Assembly (NCBI RefSeq): GCF_003918875.1
Contig: NW_025765436.1
Span: 1,178,001-1,242,000 of the forward strand
Origin: Haliotis rubra
Taxonomy: Eukaryota
DNA: 64,000 bases
Reading direction: 5' to 3'
Part shown: piece after piece, positions 26,631-39,297 of the stretch
Layout: the number at the start of each line of letters is the position of its first letter
Numbering within the stretch: position 1 is the stretch's first letter
Translations under genes and position numbers: made by a program
The notes under the pieces: generated by a model
Database searches by the model: none
Seen by the model: only the letters and a program-made list of their open reading frames with translations
What the model was told of the DNA's origin: nothing

Positions 26631-26687
26631 GGGAAGATGGTCAGACAAGACGAACCAGTGAAAGTGAAGCTGAAAACATGCATGGAG
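26631..26687 (+). CDS. LRR gene exon (GEDGQTRRTSESEAENMHG)
   Basis: ttttcatcag acceptor, 57 nt, phase 1-1, GAG|gtacat donor. Confidence 0.65.
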
Positions 26688-27078
26688 GTACATAAGATAG
26701 ACTTAATATCAACAACAACAACAATGTAAATAGAGTAATACCCAGTATATACCCAGTATATATTATCTCAGGGTATGAAATTTCAGTCAGACCACAGGGC
26801 TGGTTAGATGTAAAACTTGCCAGCCCTGACCAAAACATACCTGCCCACAAATAATTTAGGTTTGACAATTAGAATTCATCACTTATTTTTACGAGTGAAT
26901 TGATAATGATTTATTATCCTGATATATGATGAATATCTTCATATACATGTCTATATATTAACCCGAGCGTCGGGCAGGTGAATTTGAGAATCTGTCAGTC
27001 CGTGTTGAAAATAACCAGTCCTGGGCGGTTGAGCAGTCAAGTATTTCGAACGCTGATTAACTTCATGAATAACTGATT

Positions 27079-27135
27079 CTACTACTACTATTACTACTAC
27101 TACTACTACTACTATGACTACTACTACTACTACTA
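27079..27135. repeat. (CTA)n microsatellite
   Basis: Direct. Confidence 0.9.
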
Positions 27136-27240
27136 AAATATGATGGAAGTGAATCAATATCAATATCGTAAATGATAAAGAATATATGTTTATTTCGTGA
27201 CTGCTGTGCGATTATTTATATATTTGCCTTGATTTTACAG

Positions 27241-27404
27241 GTAATGACCCTGACAGAGTAGCAGATGATGATGCTGCCAAATGGCAGTCTGTTCTAGAAT
27301 TTGTGCAAGCGCCGCCACAGACGATGCACCCAGGAAGTCTCACCCCACTGCTGGAGGACCAGAATGCCATCGACATAAACAACATCAACCTCACTAAAGC
27401 ACAG
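27241..27404 (+). CDS. LRR gene exon, start of folded domain (…AKWQSVLEFVQ…INNINLTKAQ)
   Basis: ttttacag acceptor phase 1; CAG|gtagtc donor phase 0. Confidence 0.8.
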
Positions 27405-27552
27405 GTAGTCAACTTTCTTCTCATCTGTGATTGTCGAGGGTATATTATCTCCAACCTGTTACTATATACACCCTTGACCATTAACACTACATTGGCTGTG
27501 GTATATGTGTGATTAAAACAACCCACAATACTGAAAGTAGATGTCAGATTAC

Positions 27553-27824
27553 TCTGTAGTTGCAAGACTGACACAAACCACAACATCTCCAGAACTCAGA
27601 ACTTCAGTGCACCAGTATATATACCACTGGAACATTGCACTGTATATCTGTAGATGCAAGACTGACACAAACCACAACATCTCCAGAACTCAAAACTTCA
27701 GAGTGCCAGTATATATACCACTGGAACATTGCACTGTATATCTGTAGATGCAAGACTGACACAAACCACAACATCTCCAGAACTCAAAACTTCAGAGTGC
27801 CAGTATATATACCACTGGAACATT
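27553..27824. repeat. 94-bp tandem repeat, ~3 copies
   Basis: GCAAGACTGACAC at 27562, 27656 and 27750. Confidence 0.9.
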
Positions 27825-28079
27825 TGTAGTGGAACAAATGCTTGATGTGTAATGTAAAAAGGGGAGGGAGGGGTAGAGGGGTGCAGGATTTAAGAAATCA
27901 ATGAACGTTGTTTTACTGAATTGTTTTTACATATTGTAGAAGAACAAATTATACACCTCTTTTTGAGCTCCTAAACGTTAAAAAAGAGGCTGTTATCAAA
28001 CCACAATTCCCTGCTCCGTGGTGAAACTCAAATGCTGATTGCCTTGCACTTTGTTACTGTTGTATCTATTTCTGTATCA

Positions 28080-28334
28080 GTGAGTGAGTGAGTGAGTGAG
28101 TTTAGTTTGACGCCGCACTCAGCAATATTCCAGCTATATGGTGGCGGTCTGTAAATAATCGTGTCTGGACCAGACAATCCAGTGATCAGCAGCATGAGCA
28201 TCGATTTGCGCAATTAGGAACCAATGACATGTGTCAACAAAGCCAGCGAGTCTGACCACCCGATCCCGTTAGTTGCCTCTTATGACAAGCATGGGTTACT
28301 GAAGATTCATTCTAACCCGGATCTTCACGGGTCT
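28080..28334 (-). mobile_element. Family B (Nin-type) SINE, TSD TCTGTATCAGT
   Basis: Full body, (ACTC)n tail, 11-bp TSD. Confidence 0.9.
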
Positions 28335-28477
28335 CTGTATCAGTCGATCGGTGGGGTGGGCAAACATAATTCCTTGTTATGTCGAGTTTATCTTGTTTGC
28401 TGGAATTTAGTTGCAGTTGGTAGATATTTACAGATGTGTTTGCGATGATACCTACCTACCATGTGTGTCGACTTCAG

Positions 28478-28609
28478 GTTGTGGAGATCATGCAGACTAT
28501 TGAGATCAAGGACAACCTCCAAGCCGTCACCATCTCCAACTGCAGCCTTGGAGTGGACGACATGAACAAGCTGCTGCAGTCCCTGGCCAAGTCCCCCTCC
28601 CACCCCCGG
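28478..28609 (+). CDS. LRR exon (VVEIMQTIEIKDNLQAVTISNCSLGVDDMNKLLQSLAKSPSHPR)
   Basis: cttcag acceptor, CGG|gtgagg donor, phase 0-0, LxxLxLxNCxL pattern. Confidence 0.85.
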
Positions 28610-29385
28610 GTGAGGCAACCCTCTAAACCAGACCCTCTGTGTCTGTAGTAACAAAGTGGAAGTTTCATTTGTTTAAATGTTGGCTGATTGTGACAGAATG
28701 TGATGAGAAATATCTGTATGATTTATGTTCAGTATGGTTAATACTACCAGGCTCTTGTTGAATTGTCGTATCACATAATGCAAGGCTTTGTTCAGAGTTA
28801 TCAAAAACTGTGATATTTGTAGAAGCATTACTCTGAGCGTTATTCAAGCCGTATAATGGCTCAATATCACCAAGAATAACTGTATCTCTGGTACCCTTCA
28901 ATGTATTAATGTCTGTAACAGATAGTTTGGCGCTTTGACATTCAGCACCTGGCCTCAACATAGCTTCTCCCACAATCTATGTTCACATCAAAAATACATA
29001 TTCATGACATCATGTTTTGTTATAACCATGGACTTATTATAGCGTAGATTGAGCTTCAATGTTGTAGCAAAGTTCCGAATGTCTCTACAATGAATGCAAA
29101 ACTATTGCAAGAGCAAATCTGGTTAGGAATTGATTGATTAGTCACAGGTACATCATGATATTTACATACTGCCCTGGATAATTGAAATGTGTCAAAATGT
29201 TGAGATAATCCCGATTGTGCCATTGTGGGAAGTTGAGCAGAGATCTGCCTGCCTCAAGAGCTGCTTTTAGTGTGAAGGACAAGATTTCAATGACATTGTT
29301 TCCAATTGTCAGTAACACTGGCTTATAATGGAGGACAATGGTATCAGGGAAGTGTTAAAATAAAGCTGATGTGATTTGATTTCAG

Positions 29386-29477
29386 ATCTTGAACCTCAAC
29401 AACAACATTCTGGGACCCCGAAGTGTAGTGCCTCTTGTGGAGATCCTCAAAATCAAACCCTCCATTGACATGTTGCT
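29386..29477 (+). CDS. LRR exon (ILNLNNNILGPRSVVPLVEILKIKPSIDMLL)
   Basis: tttcag acceptor phase 0; CT|gtaagt donor phase 2; LxLxxNxL motif. Confidence 0.85.
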
Positions 29478-29529
29478 GTAAGTGCTGACAGTTGCTTTAT
29501 GGCAGCAATAATTCCTTGTACATCATTTT

Positions 29530-29778
29530 TGTTTGTTTATTTGTTTGTTGTTTAATGCCACACTTAGCAATATTCAAGCTATATGGAGGTGGTTTGTAAA
29601 TAATCGAGTCTGGACCGGACAATCCAGTGGTCAACAACATGAGCATCGATCTACACAACTGGGATGCGATGACATGTGTCGACCAAGTCAGCAAGTCTGA
29701 CCTGGATGGTCACATTAGTCGCCTCTTACGACAAGCATAGGTTGCTGGGGACCAGTTCTAACCCGGATCTTCACAGGT
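29530..29778 (-). mobile_element. Family B SINE, TSD TTCCTTGTACAT
   Basis: Body, (AAAC)n tail, 12-bp flanking duplication. Confidence 0.85.
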
Positions 29779-29959
29779 TTCCTTGTACATGTGCATTAAA
29801 CGTACAAGTGCTTTGGAAATCTGTTGACTGACCATCACTGAAGGTGATTGGACAATGAACAAACAAAGTTGTGTTTAGTGTTGACACTAGTTTACAGATT
29901 CTGCATCTTTGTATACACCCACAAAATATATATAGTAATGACTGTTTACATTGTTGCAG

Positions 29960-30551
29960 GTTACAAGGTAACCCCATAGGCAACGAGGGTCTGCAGACTC
30001 TGGTGGATGGACTGTTGGACATAGAATTTGAGGCCCAGGAGTACAAGAAGAGAGAGTCGGAGCGGATGGGGGGAGTTCCCGTCATGTCCATTAAGGGCCG
30101 CTTCTGTCAGCTGCAGGAACTAGACCTCAGCGAGACTAGCGTCACCGATGATGGAATGGTTGACGTGGCGCTGCTTCTTGAGAGTAACCTTGACCTTCAC
30201 ACATTGAGTCTCAGCAGCTGCCCAGACATCACCAATCCTGGCTGGTCCAAACTGGCAACAGCTTTAACGAAGAACAAGAACCTGAAGACCTTGACGATAC
30301 AGAACAACAAGATCGGTGATGAGGGTGTTCGTATACTTGTTGAGGGTCTGAAGAATAACACATCACTGTCAACCCTGGAGGTGGCCAATGCAGGAATCGA
30401 GGAGGCAGGAGGTCGTGCCCTCATTGACCTCCTCAAGCGCAACACCACTGTCAAGTATTTGACCTTGAGGCCAGGCAATGACATTCCTCAGAAGACACAA
30501 GATGAGATTAATAGATACCTGTCCTTGAATCAAACCACTCCATCTTCATAA
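29960..30551 (+). CDS. Terminal LRR exon, RNase-inhibitor-type repeats, LRRC73-like
   Basis: ttgcag acceptor phase 2. Repeats LQELDLSETSV, LKTLTIQNNKIGDEG and LSTLEVANAGI. LHTLSLSSCPDITNPGWSKLA resembles the LRRC73 segment LKELTLSANPGITPKGWSRLA as I recall it. Confidence 0.9.
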
Positions 30552-33504
30552 CGCTGATATGCTTCAAGCTTGTTGGTTATTCTGGTGCTTAGACCAAACC
30601 AAGAACTATGTACTAGTATGTTTAATATTTCAGCCAATCCAAAATTAGGGTAGGTAGGGACAGATTTTTTTCGTCCCTACAAAACATGGTAATTTGCATT
30701 ATATTGTGAAATTTTAAAATTATTATAATCTATCAAATTATCATAATGACTGGTATATCTATGAGGGGTAACAAAGTTTCACTAGTGACATAAAATAAAA
30801 TTTGGCTGACTAGCAAATTTGAATTGAAACACCTCTTCATCTGCTAATGCAAAGTTTATTCTGTACATAAGTGTATTTGTCAGTGATCACAATAATGATG
30901 TTGAAATAATGTTACCCGACAAATACCATTCTCTGGACCTTTCTATAAGTGGGTAATGGAGCATAGTGTGACTATAGTTTATGAGCATGTTACCCTGTTG
31001 ATATTTTTGTCCTGTCTGGAAGTGTCCTCGGGCACATTATAGGCTTATGGGTATGCTTGATCAGTAAGCTTTCTGCTTCTAGTGCTTTTGTCTGGCTTAC
31101 AATTTTTTTTATTTTTGAGCATTTTGAAGCATTTTTATTGTATTTCTCATATCCAAAAGTGTTAAAGATGTGAGAGAAAAAAACGACATCAGGATATGGA
31201 CATACAGCTATATATGTTATATAGTGAAATAAGTCACAGTGCCAGATACTGAGGCTTTGTACATGTGATCTGTAGATGAAAAATCTTGACCCATACTCAA
31301 ATTAAAATTGGTTATTTAATTCAAAGAAATACATTTATGTCTCATTTCCAAGTCTGTTTTCTCCTTCTGTGGCTAAATCAAAAAGTAGGGTGTATTTTAG
31401 TTCAAATGTATACATGTATCTGAAAATGGGGTGAAAAGGCTTGGTCAGCTCTGGAATTAGGGGAGGGTCACTAGAAATTTGACTGTCTCTGGGGAGGGTG
31501 ACAAAGCCGATGCATATATTTGGGAAGGGTCATGAAAAGAATGGACATTTTGTAATTTAACAGACCATAAAGTTCTTTTGCCTTTTCTGACTGGGTCATG
31601 AGACAAATTTACAAGGACATGGCAAAGTTCATCCCAAAATATTGTGATAACCATTAGGGTATTATTTTTACTTCATTAGGGCATGAGAGAACCCTGACCC
31701 ACCCACTCCAGTACCCGTCCTCAATATAAATATTTCTTATTTCTTGATTGTTTAAATTTAAAAACTTTATTGACATCTTTTCTCCTTTGAAAGATTGAGT
31801 CTTCAACAATTTATTGGAAAGTTATATTTTTATAAAAACTGTTCAGTTCAGAATTACAAATTAATTTTCCAAGAGAAATTGTGTGTAAATGTGTTTTCAG
31901 ATATGCTATATAAAGTTATATTTATATATTTAAACATTACGTGTTAGTGTAGTCATTCATTCCCAAGGCTAGTGTTATATCAGGGAGACTATAAGACGCT
32001 GTAGATTATCCCTGGTTATATGCATGGTGTTGAACATGCACTTGTTAGATATATATCTCATTATTATCATTTTGTTCAACTCTTGACAGAATCCTAATTA
32101 CAACTTTGTTATGTGTTGTTGCTTGAGGTTGTGTGAGTGAAAGTTATGGACGGGATTGATATGTAGTGTTTTTATTTCTTGCAGGGTGAATGGCTGAACC
32201 TATTCATTGTTTATAACTGTGTCTTACTTTTCATATTTTGATGTTATAAGGCAGTGATGACAAGTATTTAGCCTACTGGGTGAAATTTGATGTGTCATGA
32301 TGTTAATTCCCAAGTATTCAAGATTTCTGAAGTTTGCCCATTGCTCAGACTAGTATTTATTCAAGACCTACAGAACTGGTTATGTGCCTGTTGTATGTGG
32401 GCACCTGTAAGAGAGAGGAACACTATGAAAAAGGAATTGTAAGGCTATTTTTGTATTAGTTGGATCACAGAACATTCTACCCTGTTTTCATAACAAAATG
32501 TATTTCTTTTCAATTTTCATCATTTATTTGTTAAAAGTAATGCTGGTCAAATGGTCAGTTGACATTCATATTTCACCACACAGATTGGTCAAGCTGATGG
32601 AGTAGGGAAAATATCAAGAGTTCTGTCCCTTGTCCTTGATTCACAGACTTTGCTGAAATTATCTCCCTTGATCTTTAGAGACTTTTCAACATTTCGGAGT
32701 TTGAAAATCAAGATCCAAATGTTGACACTGATGATATTTTTCCACCTTTAGCAGAAAAACTGATCCATCAAAAGAAAATTATATGGTCATTGTATCCATT
32801 GTAAGATGTAGGGTGTGATTTTGAAGACTTTTGCTCACATCTGGTTGTGCCATCCGACTTATTTAGAGCTAACTGTGATAAGACATTGTTGTGTCACTAT
32901 ATATCCCACCTTTACATGTTATGCACTATACTTTTATTCTGTGATGTGGTTTGACTTGAGGTCATTGGATGAAATAATACACACCGACATATCACAAAGT
33001 CATTGACAGGAAGGTGTAAACATGACATTTTGTATTTATTATTATTACTAATTGTTATAACAGCGACCCATAATTACTGCCTTTGGCAGTTTAGTGTAAA
33101 ATTTCATTAATCTTGATTCCCAAGAAATTTTAAGATAATTAAGCTGGTTTTATTTAACGGGTAGACTTAGAATTTGACTGAACCAGCAGTTTCATTGCAT
33201 TTCTTGATTTTGTTCAATTTTGTGAACAATTTTTGGAATGACATTATTTCTTGTGGACAGCTGACAATGTTTTGTATATTAATATCCAGACATCTCATGG
33301 CCGTATAACTGTTGTGTTTAGTCTAGTTGGTTGTAACTTGTTTTAGTTAAGTTTGGTACGTACATATTGCTTTGTATATATATTGCTGTTATCCACGAAA
33401 CTTCTTTGCCAACATAGCGTCTGGTGCCTTGTAGTTCTAAATGACTGCTCATGATTGCTCTTTCTGTGATAAACCCAATTGTTACTGTAGATGAAAACAT
33501 GGAG

Positions 33505-33510
33505 AATAAA
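33505..33510 (+). terminator. Candidate polyadenylation signal of LRR gene
   Basis: AATAAA followed by GT-rich tract at the end of ~3 kb UTR-like sequence; other AATAAA exist (e.g. ~30794). Confidence 0.3.
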
Positions 33511-34102
33511 CCTTTTGTCAACAAATGATGCCCGTGTTGTATTTTACAACCATGATGTTGAAAGTGTATCTTCTTCATCCTTACTTGATAAATTTGTATG
33601 TAACTTGATCCTCCATGATGGTTTATAACCCTACTGTCCAGTAATAATAATATAGCTTATGGATGGCAACCTCTTGTTTATTGCATAGAGTGACGTTTCG
33701 GTGTAGATTGACATTAACAGCAGCATATAGTTGATAAGTGACACGTAACTGGTTGGGTGGGGAGTAAACACAATAATTCATTATTTAGAACATAACAGAA
33801 GTGTTATGCATGTGAAAGATATTGGTGAGTGAATGGGTTTACATAAATAAATGAGCTACATAATTTTTTTCTACACCATGTGTTTGTGTCCACTTCTATG
33901 ACCTGTCACACAGACCATGCTTGACCATCCTGCATAGCAGATATCTGAACTATAGCCACACATTTTTGAGCTCCATAAATGTTCCACAGAAGATAAATTC
34001 TAAATATTTACCCTGGTCTCATTGTTGGAGATCCAGGTTGATAATGTCTACTGTTTATCTCTTTATATTTCTGATGAGTATTCAATGAAATCCTTCTTTC
34101 TT

Positions 34103-34217
34103 TGGGGTAGCCTAGTGGCTCAAGCATTCGGTCATCACACTGAAGACCCTGGTTTAATTCCATAGGTACAATGTGTGAAGACCATTTCTGGTGTCAGCTG
34201 ACCATGACACTGCTAAG
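34103..34217 (+). mobile_element. Family A SINE, diverged
   Basis: ggggtagcctagtgg head and ggtacaatgtgtgaag body. Confidence 0.7.
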
Positions 34218-34864
34218 TTCAGTCACACTGTGGACTAGGGGTTAAACAGTACGCTCTTACCACAGAACGGTACATGTTGCGGTCGAAGGCCTTCGGTTTG
34301 GTATATGAGAACTTACTTCCGTGAAAATAGTGTCCGTCCAGCAAAGAAATGCATAGATTTTGACAAAATGATTTGATTTCTAAATTTGTTTGGAAATGTT
34401 TAAAAAGGTTAATAAAATGATGATACGAAAACTTAAAATACCAATTTTTGGATTGTGTTTGTGCTGACGAGGTCTTCATTCTGGACTGCTTTACAGATGG
34501 GGAATATAAATTGAATGGTTCTGTACATATATATGGGGATAGCTTTAAAGATGGCAATATAAGGTATTCTTACACTGTGCCTAGGATGAAGCCACGGCCA
34601 TGTTACGGTGGAATATATCCTCACACAAACCAGAGTAGCTCTCTTCCCACATCACACGTCAGCAGCCATGATGGCACCCAATCTTTATATAAGGTAAGCC
34701 TCTCTGTGGAGAGGAACACTGACAAAGAACTTTCAGCAATATTATGAAGAATGGGTTTCACCATTTGAACCCTGGTGAGTAATGGAATCTTGGTCCCCAC
34801 TTAGCTGACCAAGACAGGGCAAGAAAATAACACAAATCTATTGAAACAGCACCTTGGTAGTCTA

Positions 34865-34870
34865 TTTATT
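34865..34870 (-). terminator. Candidate polyadenylation signal of CAP
   Basis: AATAAA on - strand with downstream GT/T-rich tract, ~1.15 kb after the CAP stop. Confidence 0.45.
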
Positions 34871-36011
34871 TCACATTATTTTACCAATTATCAATACATA
34901 AATATAATCAACAAAATGTTCCGGACAGCAAAGTTCAAGCTTATATGTTGGTTTCCTTCGCCTCCGCTAGTGGTGTAGCTCACGTGAGAGTAACCGTACT
35001 GATGTACTTACATGAAAGACAGGTCAGGAGCCCCACAAGTCCCCTACACCGGACACAGATACAGGCAACTATATCTCAAGCAACATTCCTTAAGTTTGCA
35101 TAAATTGTCTTACAACACAGGCTCATTGAGCAGATGTTGGACAGGAAGGCCTCCAATACCCCTGATTGCCGCCATTGCTTAATGCCCAAAAGGTTTATTG
35201 ATTATGGAAGGCTGAAGCTATTTCTAAAATTTCTGACATGATGTCAATTCGGATTAAATACGAATCCAGCAACCTGATCAACTCTCATATAATTCTTATT
35301 CTAAAACTATCTACTTCCTACTGACAAGGTGGCAGGTGGTAATTGGGCTCTAATATTCCTGGGTCTTTTGAACCACAAAACAGCACTTCGATTGATGGTC
35401 CACTTCTTATGGGATACATAACAAATACACAACAAACACAGGTCTTCCTCGATCATTCACTCAACCTTTCAAAGGCAATGGTTTCTATCATGTTACATAC
35501 AGTCAATTTCATTCCCGTAAACCTTCCATTCCCTCTTAGGATATGTGTGATGTAGAACAGTGGTTGCTGCCGATTTGGTAACATGTCAGAGATCCCATTT
35601 GGCATTGAGGACTTGTGGTACCCCCATGTTGCATCTACCGGTACTTAATACAAGGCATTTAGCTGAAGCATACTACAGCATTTGGTCTCAGTCTTATAAT
35701 GTAGTCATCATCTTCGTGTAATGTACAAGAAAGCTTTTTTTAAAAAAAGAATAAAACATGAAAAATATATTTTTCTTCAGACAGAAAATAATAATGATTG
35801 CAGTATTAGGCTTACATTTGACAGCTTATGAATTTGTGGATTAATCATAAGGTTTATAAAATGCTGCTGATTCCATAAAATAGTGCACAATGTTAGAAAA
35901 GTTGGTTTGTACAAAGATGTTAAGATTGAAGGAATATTGTGGTTGAAGTTTGTTCAGGCAGCACATAGCATGAAGCTGACAGCATGACATTTTCTCAGCA
36001 CCAATCCTGCT

Positions 36012-36092
36012 TCAAATACTATCAGTCGCAACCGTGACAAACTTGGACCCGTTCCATGTTGACTTGAACTGTTCTGGGAGAGCAAATTCTTT
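36012..36092 (-). CDS. CAP: CAP terminal exon (KEFALPEQFKSTWNGSKFVTVATDSI*)
   Basis: tgttgcag acceptor, 81 nt, conserved CAP C-terminus, TGA. Confidence 0.95.
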   Translation of the reverse strand, partial: KEFALPEQFKSTWNGSKFVTVATDSI

Positions 36093-36139
36093 CTGCAACA
36101 CAAAAAGGTATGCAGTTGGTGAGTGAGTGCACAGAATCC

Positions 36140-36805
36140 TGGCAATATTAGTGATATATAGTCATGGCAATATCAGTGACATATAGTTATGGCAATATTA
36201 GTGATATATAGTCATGGCAATATCAGTAATATATAGTTATGGCAATATTAGTGATATATAGTCATGGCAATATCAGTAATATATAGTTATGGCAATATTA
36301 GTGATATATAGTCATGGCAATATCAGTAATATATAGTTATGGCAATATTAGTGATATATAGTCATGGCAATATCAGTGACATATAGTTATGGCAATATTA
36401 GTGATATATAGTCATGGCAATATCAGTAATATATAGTTATGGCAATATTAGTGACATATAGTTATGGCAATATTAGTGATATATAGTTATGGCAATATTA
36501 GTGATATATAGTCATGGCAATATCAGTAATATCAGTATATATAGTTATGGCAATATTAGTGATATATAGTCATGGCAATATCAGTGATATATAGTTATGG
36601 CAATATTAGTGATATATAGTCATGGCAATATCAGTGATATATAGTTATGGCAATATTAGTGATATATAGTCATGGCAATATCAGTGATATATAGTCATGG
36701 CAATATCAGTAATATATAGTTATGGCAATATTAGTGATATATAGTCATGGCAATATCAGTGATATATAGTTATGGCAATATTAGTGATATATAGTCATGG
36801 CAACA
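36140..36805. repeat. 25-bp AT-rich minisatellite (GGCAATATTAGTGATATATAGTCAT) with 50-bp dimer structure
   Basis: Direct periodicity, alternating variants. Confidence 0.95.
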
Positions 36806-37101
36806 TTACAACTAGAGTAAACTATGGTTATAACAAACATGCTTACACAAAACTGTTACATAACATACTATGTTGTCCCGTCCACTTGCTGTATATCTTA
36901 CTTTAATGCATATAACAAACTATGGGTTATAACAGATATAAGTTAGTTTACTGTTCCATACTTGATGTAAGCCCCAAAAGGGAAGAATTACTGAGATGTT
37001 TACTTAGGTTAAAAGTGAGTTGAAGAGCAAAGTCAAGGTTGACCATTGCATTTAAATTTTATTGTTTCAATCAACATTTTGGTCCTGGTGCTAGTGAAAG
37101 G

Positions 37102-37349
37102 TAGTGAGTGAGTGAGTTTAGGTTTATGCCGCACTCAGCAATATTCCAGCTATATGGCGGCTGTCTGTAAAACATGGAGTCTGCACCAGACAATCCAGTG
37201 ATCAACAGCATGAGCATCAATCTACAAAATTGGGATACAATGACATGTGTCAACCAAGTCTGCGAGCCTGACCACTATATCCCGTTAGTGGCCTCTTGCG
37301 ATAAGCATGGGTTAGTGAAGATCAATTCTGACTAGGATCTTCATGGGTC
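37102..37349 (-). mobile_element. Family B SINE
   Basis: Same body as 28080-28334. Confidence 0.85.
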
Positions 37350-38127
37350 AGAACCTGAACTGAAATCCTTAAGTCAACCATACTCTTGACTGATAAAAGT
37401 ACCACTATCTGTACCAAAACAAGTACTCTGAAAAAAAAATAAACCCAAACTATTATTTTTCTACTGGTTCCCACTGGTCAAAGAAGTGCCACCTAAAATC
37501 ACTTTGAGCAAGTGACACCATTTGGTGGTAAGCCAAAACCAGTACAAACATTCAGCAATCTGGGATTGATATACTCTACAGTTAGACACTGTATCTCAAG
37601 GCCCTTGACATGTGGCTGCACTACTTGAATCTAGCTATCATTCTGACTGGTATCTTTAACATGGTAGTACCACTTGAATCTTGGGACCATTATGATTGGT
37701 ATCTTTCAACATCAACTTCAAAACCACTTCACTCTCATTTTGAACAGTGTATATGTATGTTATTTACAGGACTTTCCACACAGGAAATATAACAATGAAA
37801 CCATGTATTTTCTGTTTCAGTTTGGTATTCTGGGAGATTATATTAGTCAGTTTCAATTAACCAGGAAGTGGGAGCACTGGGATCACATAGTGATGTCATC
37901 TGTATCTCCAGTATTAGCACATGGAAATGAGAGCACCTGAATGAGTAACATATTAAAATATCTCTATCTGCAGGAGGCATGGACAGTGAGCAAGTCACGT
38001 TGTTTAAACTCAGAAAATATTCCATCTATATCTTTGTGGTCTATGAACATATCAGAGTCTGATTTATCGAACAAACAAATGAAACAATCCATTGGGGACA
38101 CAATGACATGGGATATTCATTGATTAA

Positions 38128-38347
38128 GGTTAGTTTTACGCCACACTCAGCAATATTCCAGCTATATGGCAGCGTCCTGTAAATAATCAAGTCTGGACCA
38201 GACAATCCAGTGATCAACACCATGAGCATTGATCTAGGCAATTGACATGAACCACATCAGAGAACCTGACCACCCAATCCCGTTAGTCGCCTCTTATGAC
38301 AAGCATGGGTTACTGAAGATCAATTTTAACCCAGATCTTCACAGGTC
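38128..38347 (-). mobile_element. Family B SINE
   Basis: Same body as 28080-28334. Confidence 0.85.
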
Positions 38348-38637
38348 GAGTCACAAAGTCTGACCACTTAAACAGAAATTAGCAGCCTCTTAAGACCAGC
38401 TTGGATGTTGGATGCCTCTTAATATTGGGCAGAGACCACCCTGAGACTGACGTTATGCGCATCGATTCATCTAGTCAGTTACGACACACAATCTGCTAGA
38501 GACAAAGGACAGTTGGTGTTCCAGGGTGCCCTCCTCAAAGTGCTATAAACATGCAGCAAGGAGCCAACTTACAGTGTTCGACTGGTTGGCCAACAAACTA
38601 TTAAAACAACAACTTGAATCTCAGTTTCTGCACTTAC

Positions 38638-38781
38638 ATATTCTCCATCAGCTAGAGGAACCAAGATGTTGAGTTCGGAGGATTTGGCTGTGACAATCTC
38701 AGCTTCAATGGACTCTTTGCTAAGGTACATCATGCAGCCATCTGTCTTGTCGATAATAACTGTGTTCACTTTTCCAGTCAC
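38638..38781 (-). CDS. CAP: CAP exon (VTGKVNTVIIDKTDGC...PLADGEY)
   Basis: tttcag/gtaagt, 144 nt, phase 0-0, CARP domain motifs. Confidence 0.95.
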
Positions 38782-39297
38782 CTGAAACCAACAGTGGCAA
38801 TTCATCACGATGATCACAGATGTCCTGAAACCAACAGTGGCAATTCATCACGATGATCACAGATGTCCTGAAACCAACAGTGGCAATTCATCACGATGAT
38901 CACAGATGTCCTGAAACCAACAGTGGCAATTCATCACGATGATCACAGATGTCCTGAAACCAACAGTAGTAATTCATCACGATGATCACAGATGTCCTGA
39001 AACCAACAGTGGCAATTCATCAAGATGATCACAGATGTCCTGAAACCAACAGTAGTAATTCATCACGATGATCACAGATGTCCTGAAACCAACAGTGGCA
39101 ATTCATCACAATGATCACAGATGTCCTGAAACCAACAGTAGCAATTCATCACGATGATCACAGATGTCCTGAAACCAACAGTAGTAATTCATCATGATGA
39201 TCACAGATGTCCTGAAACCAACAGTGGTAATTCATCACGATGATCACAGATGTCCTGAAACCAACAGTAGTAATTCATCATGATGATCACAGATGTC
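38782..39297 (-). repeat. 43-bp x 12 tandem repeat, each unit ending in the CAP 3' splice site
   Basis: Unit GACATCTGTGATCATCGTGATGAATTGCCACTGTTGGTTTCAG abuts exon 38638-38781. Confidence 0.95.

Larger units (their letters stand above)
12..30551 (+). other. Multi-exon gene (5'-incomplete): large acidic/Ser-rich disordered protein with C-terminal RI-type LRR domain (LRRC73-like)
   Basis: Chain of AG/GT-bounded exons with compatible phases ending in an LRR exon and TAA at 30549-30551. Confidence 0.8.

Noticed and set aside
34219-34747. Intergenic ORFs or a possible Transib-like element
   Set aside because: No recognisable protein motif, TIR match too weak, no TSD.
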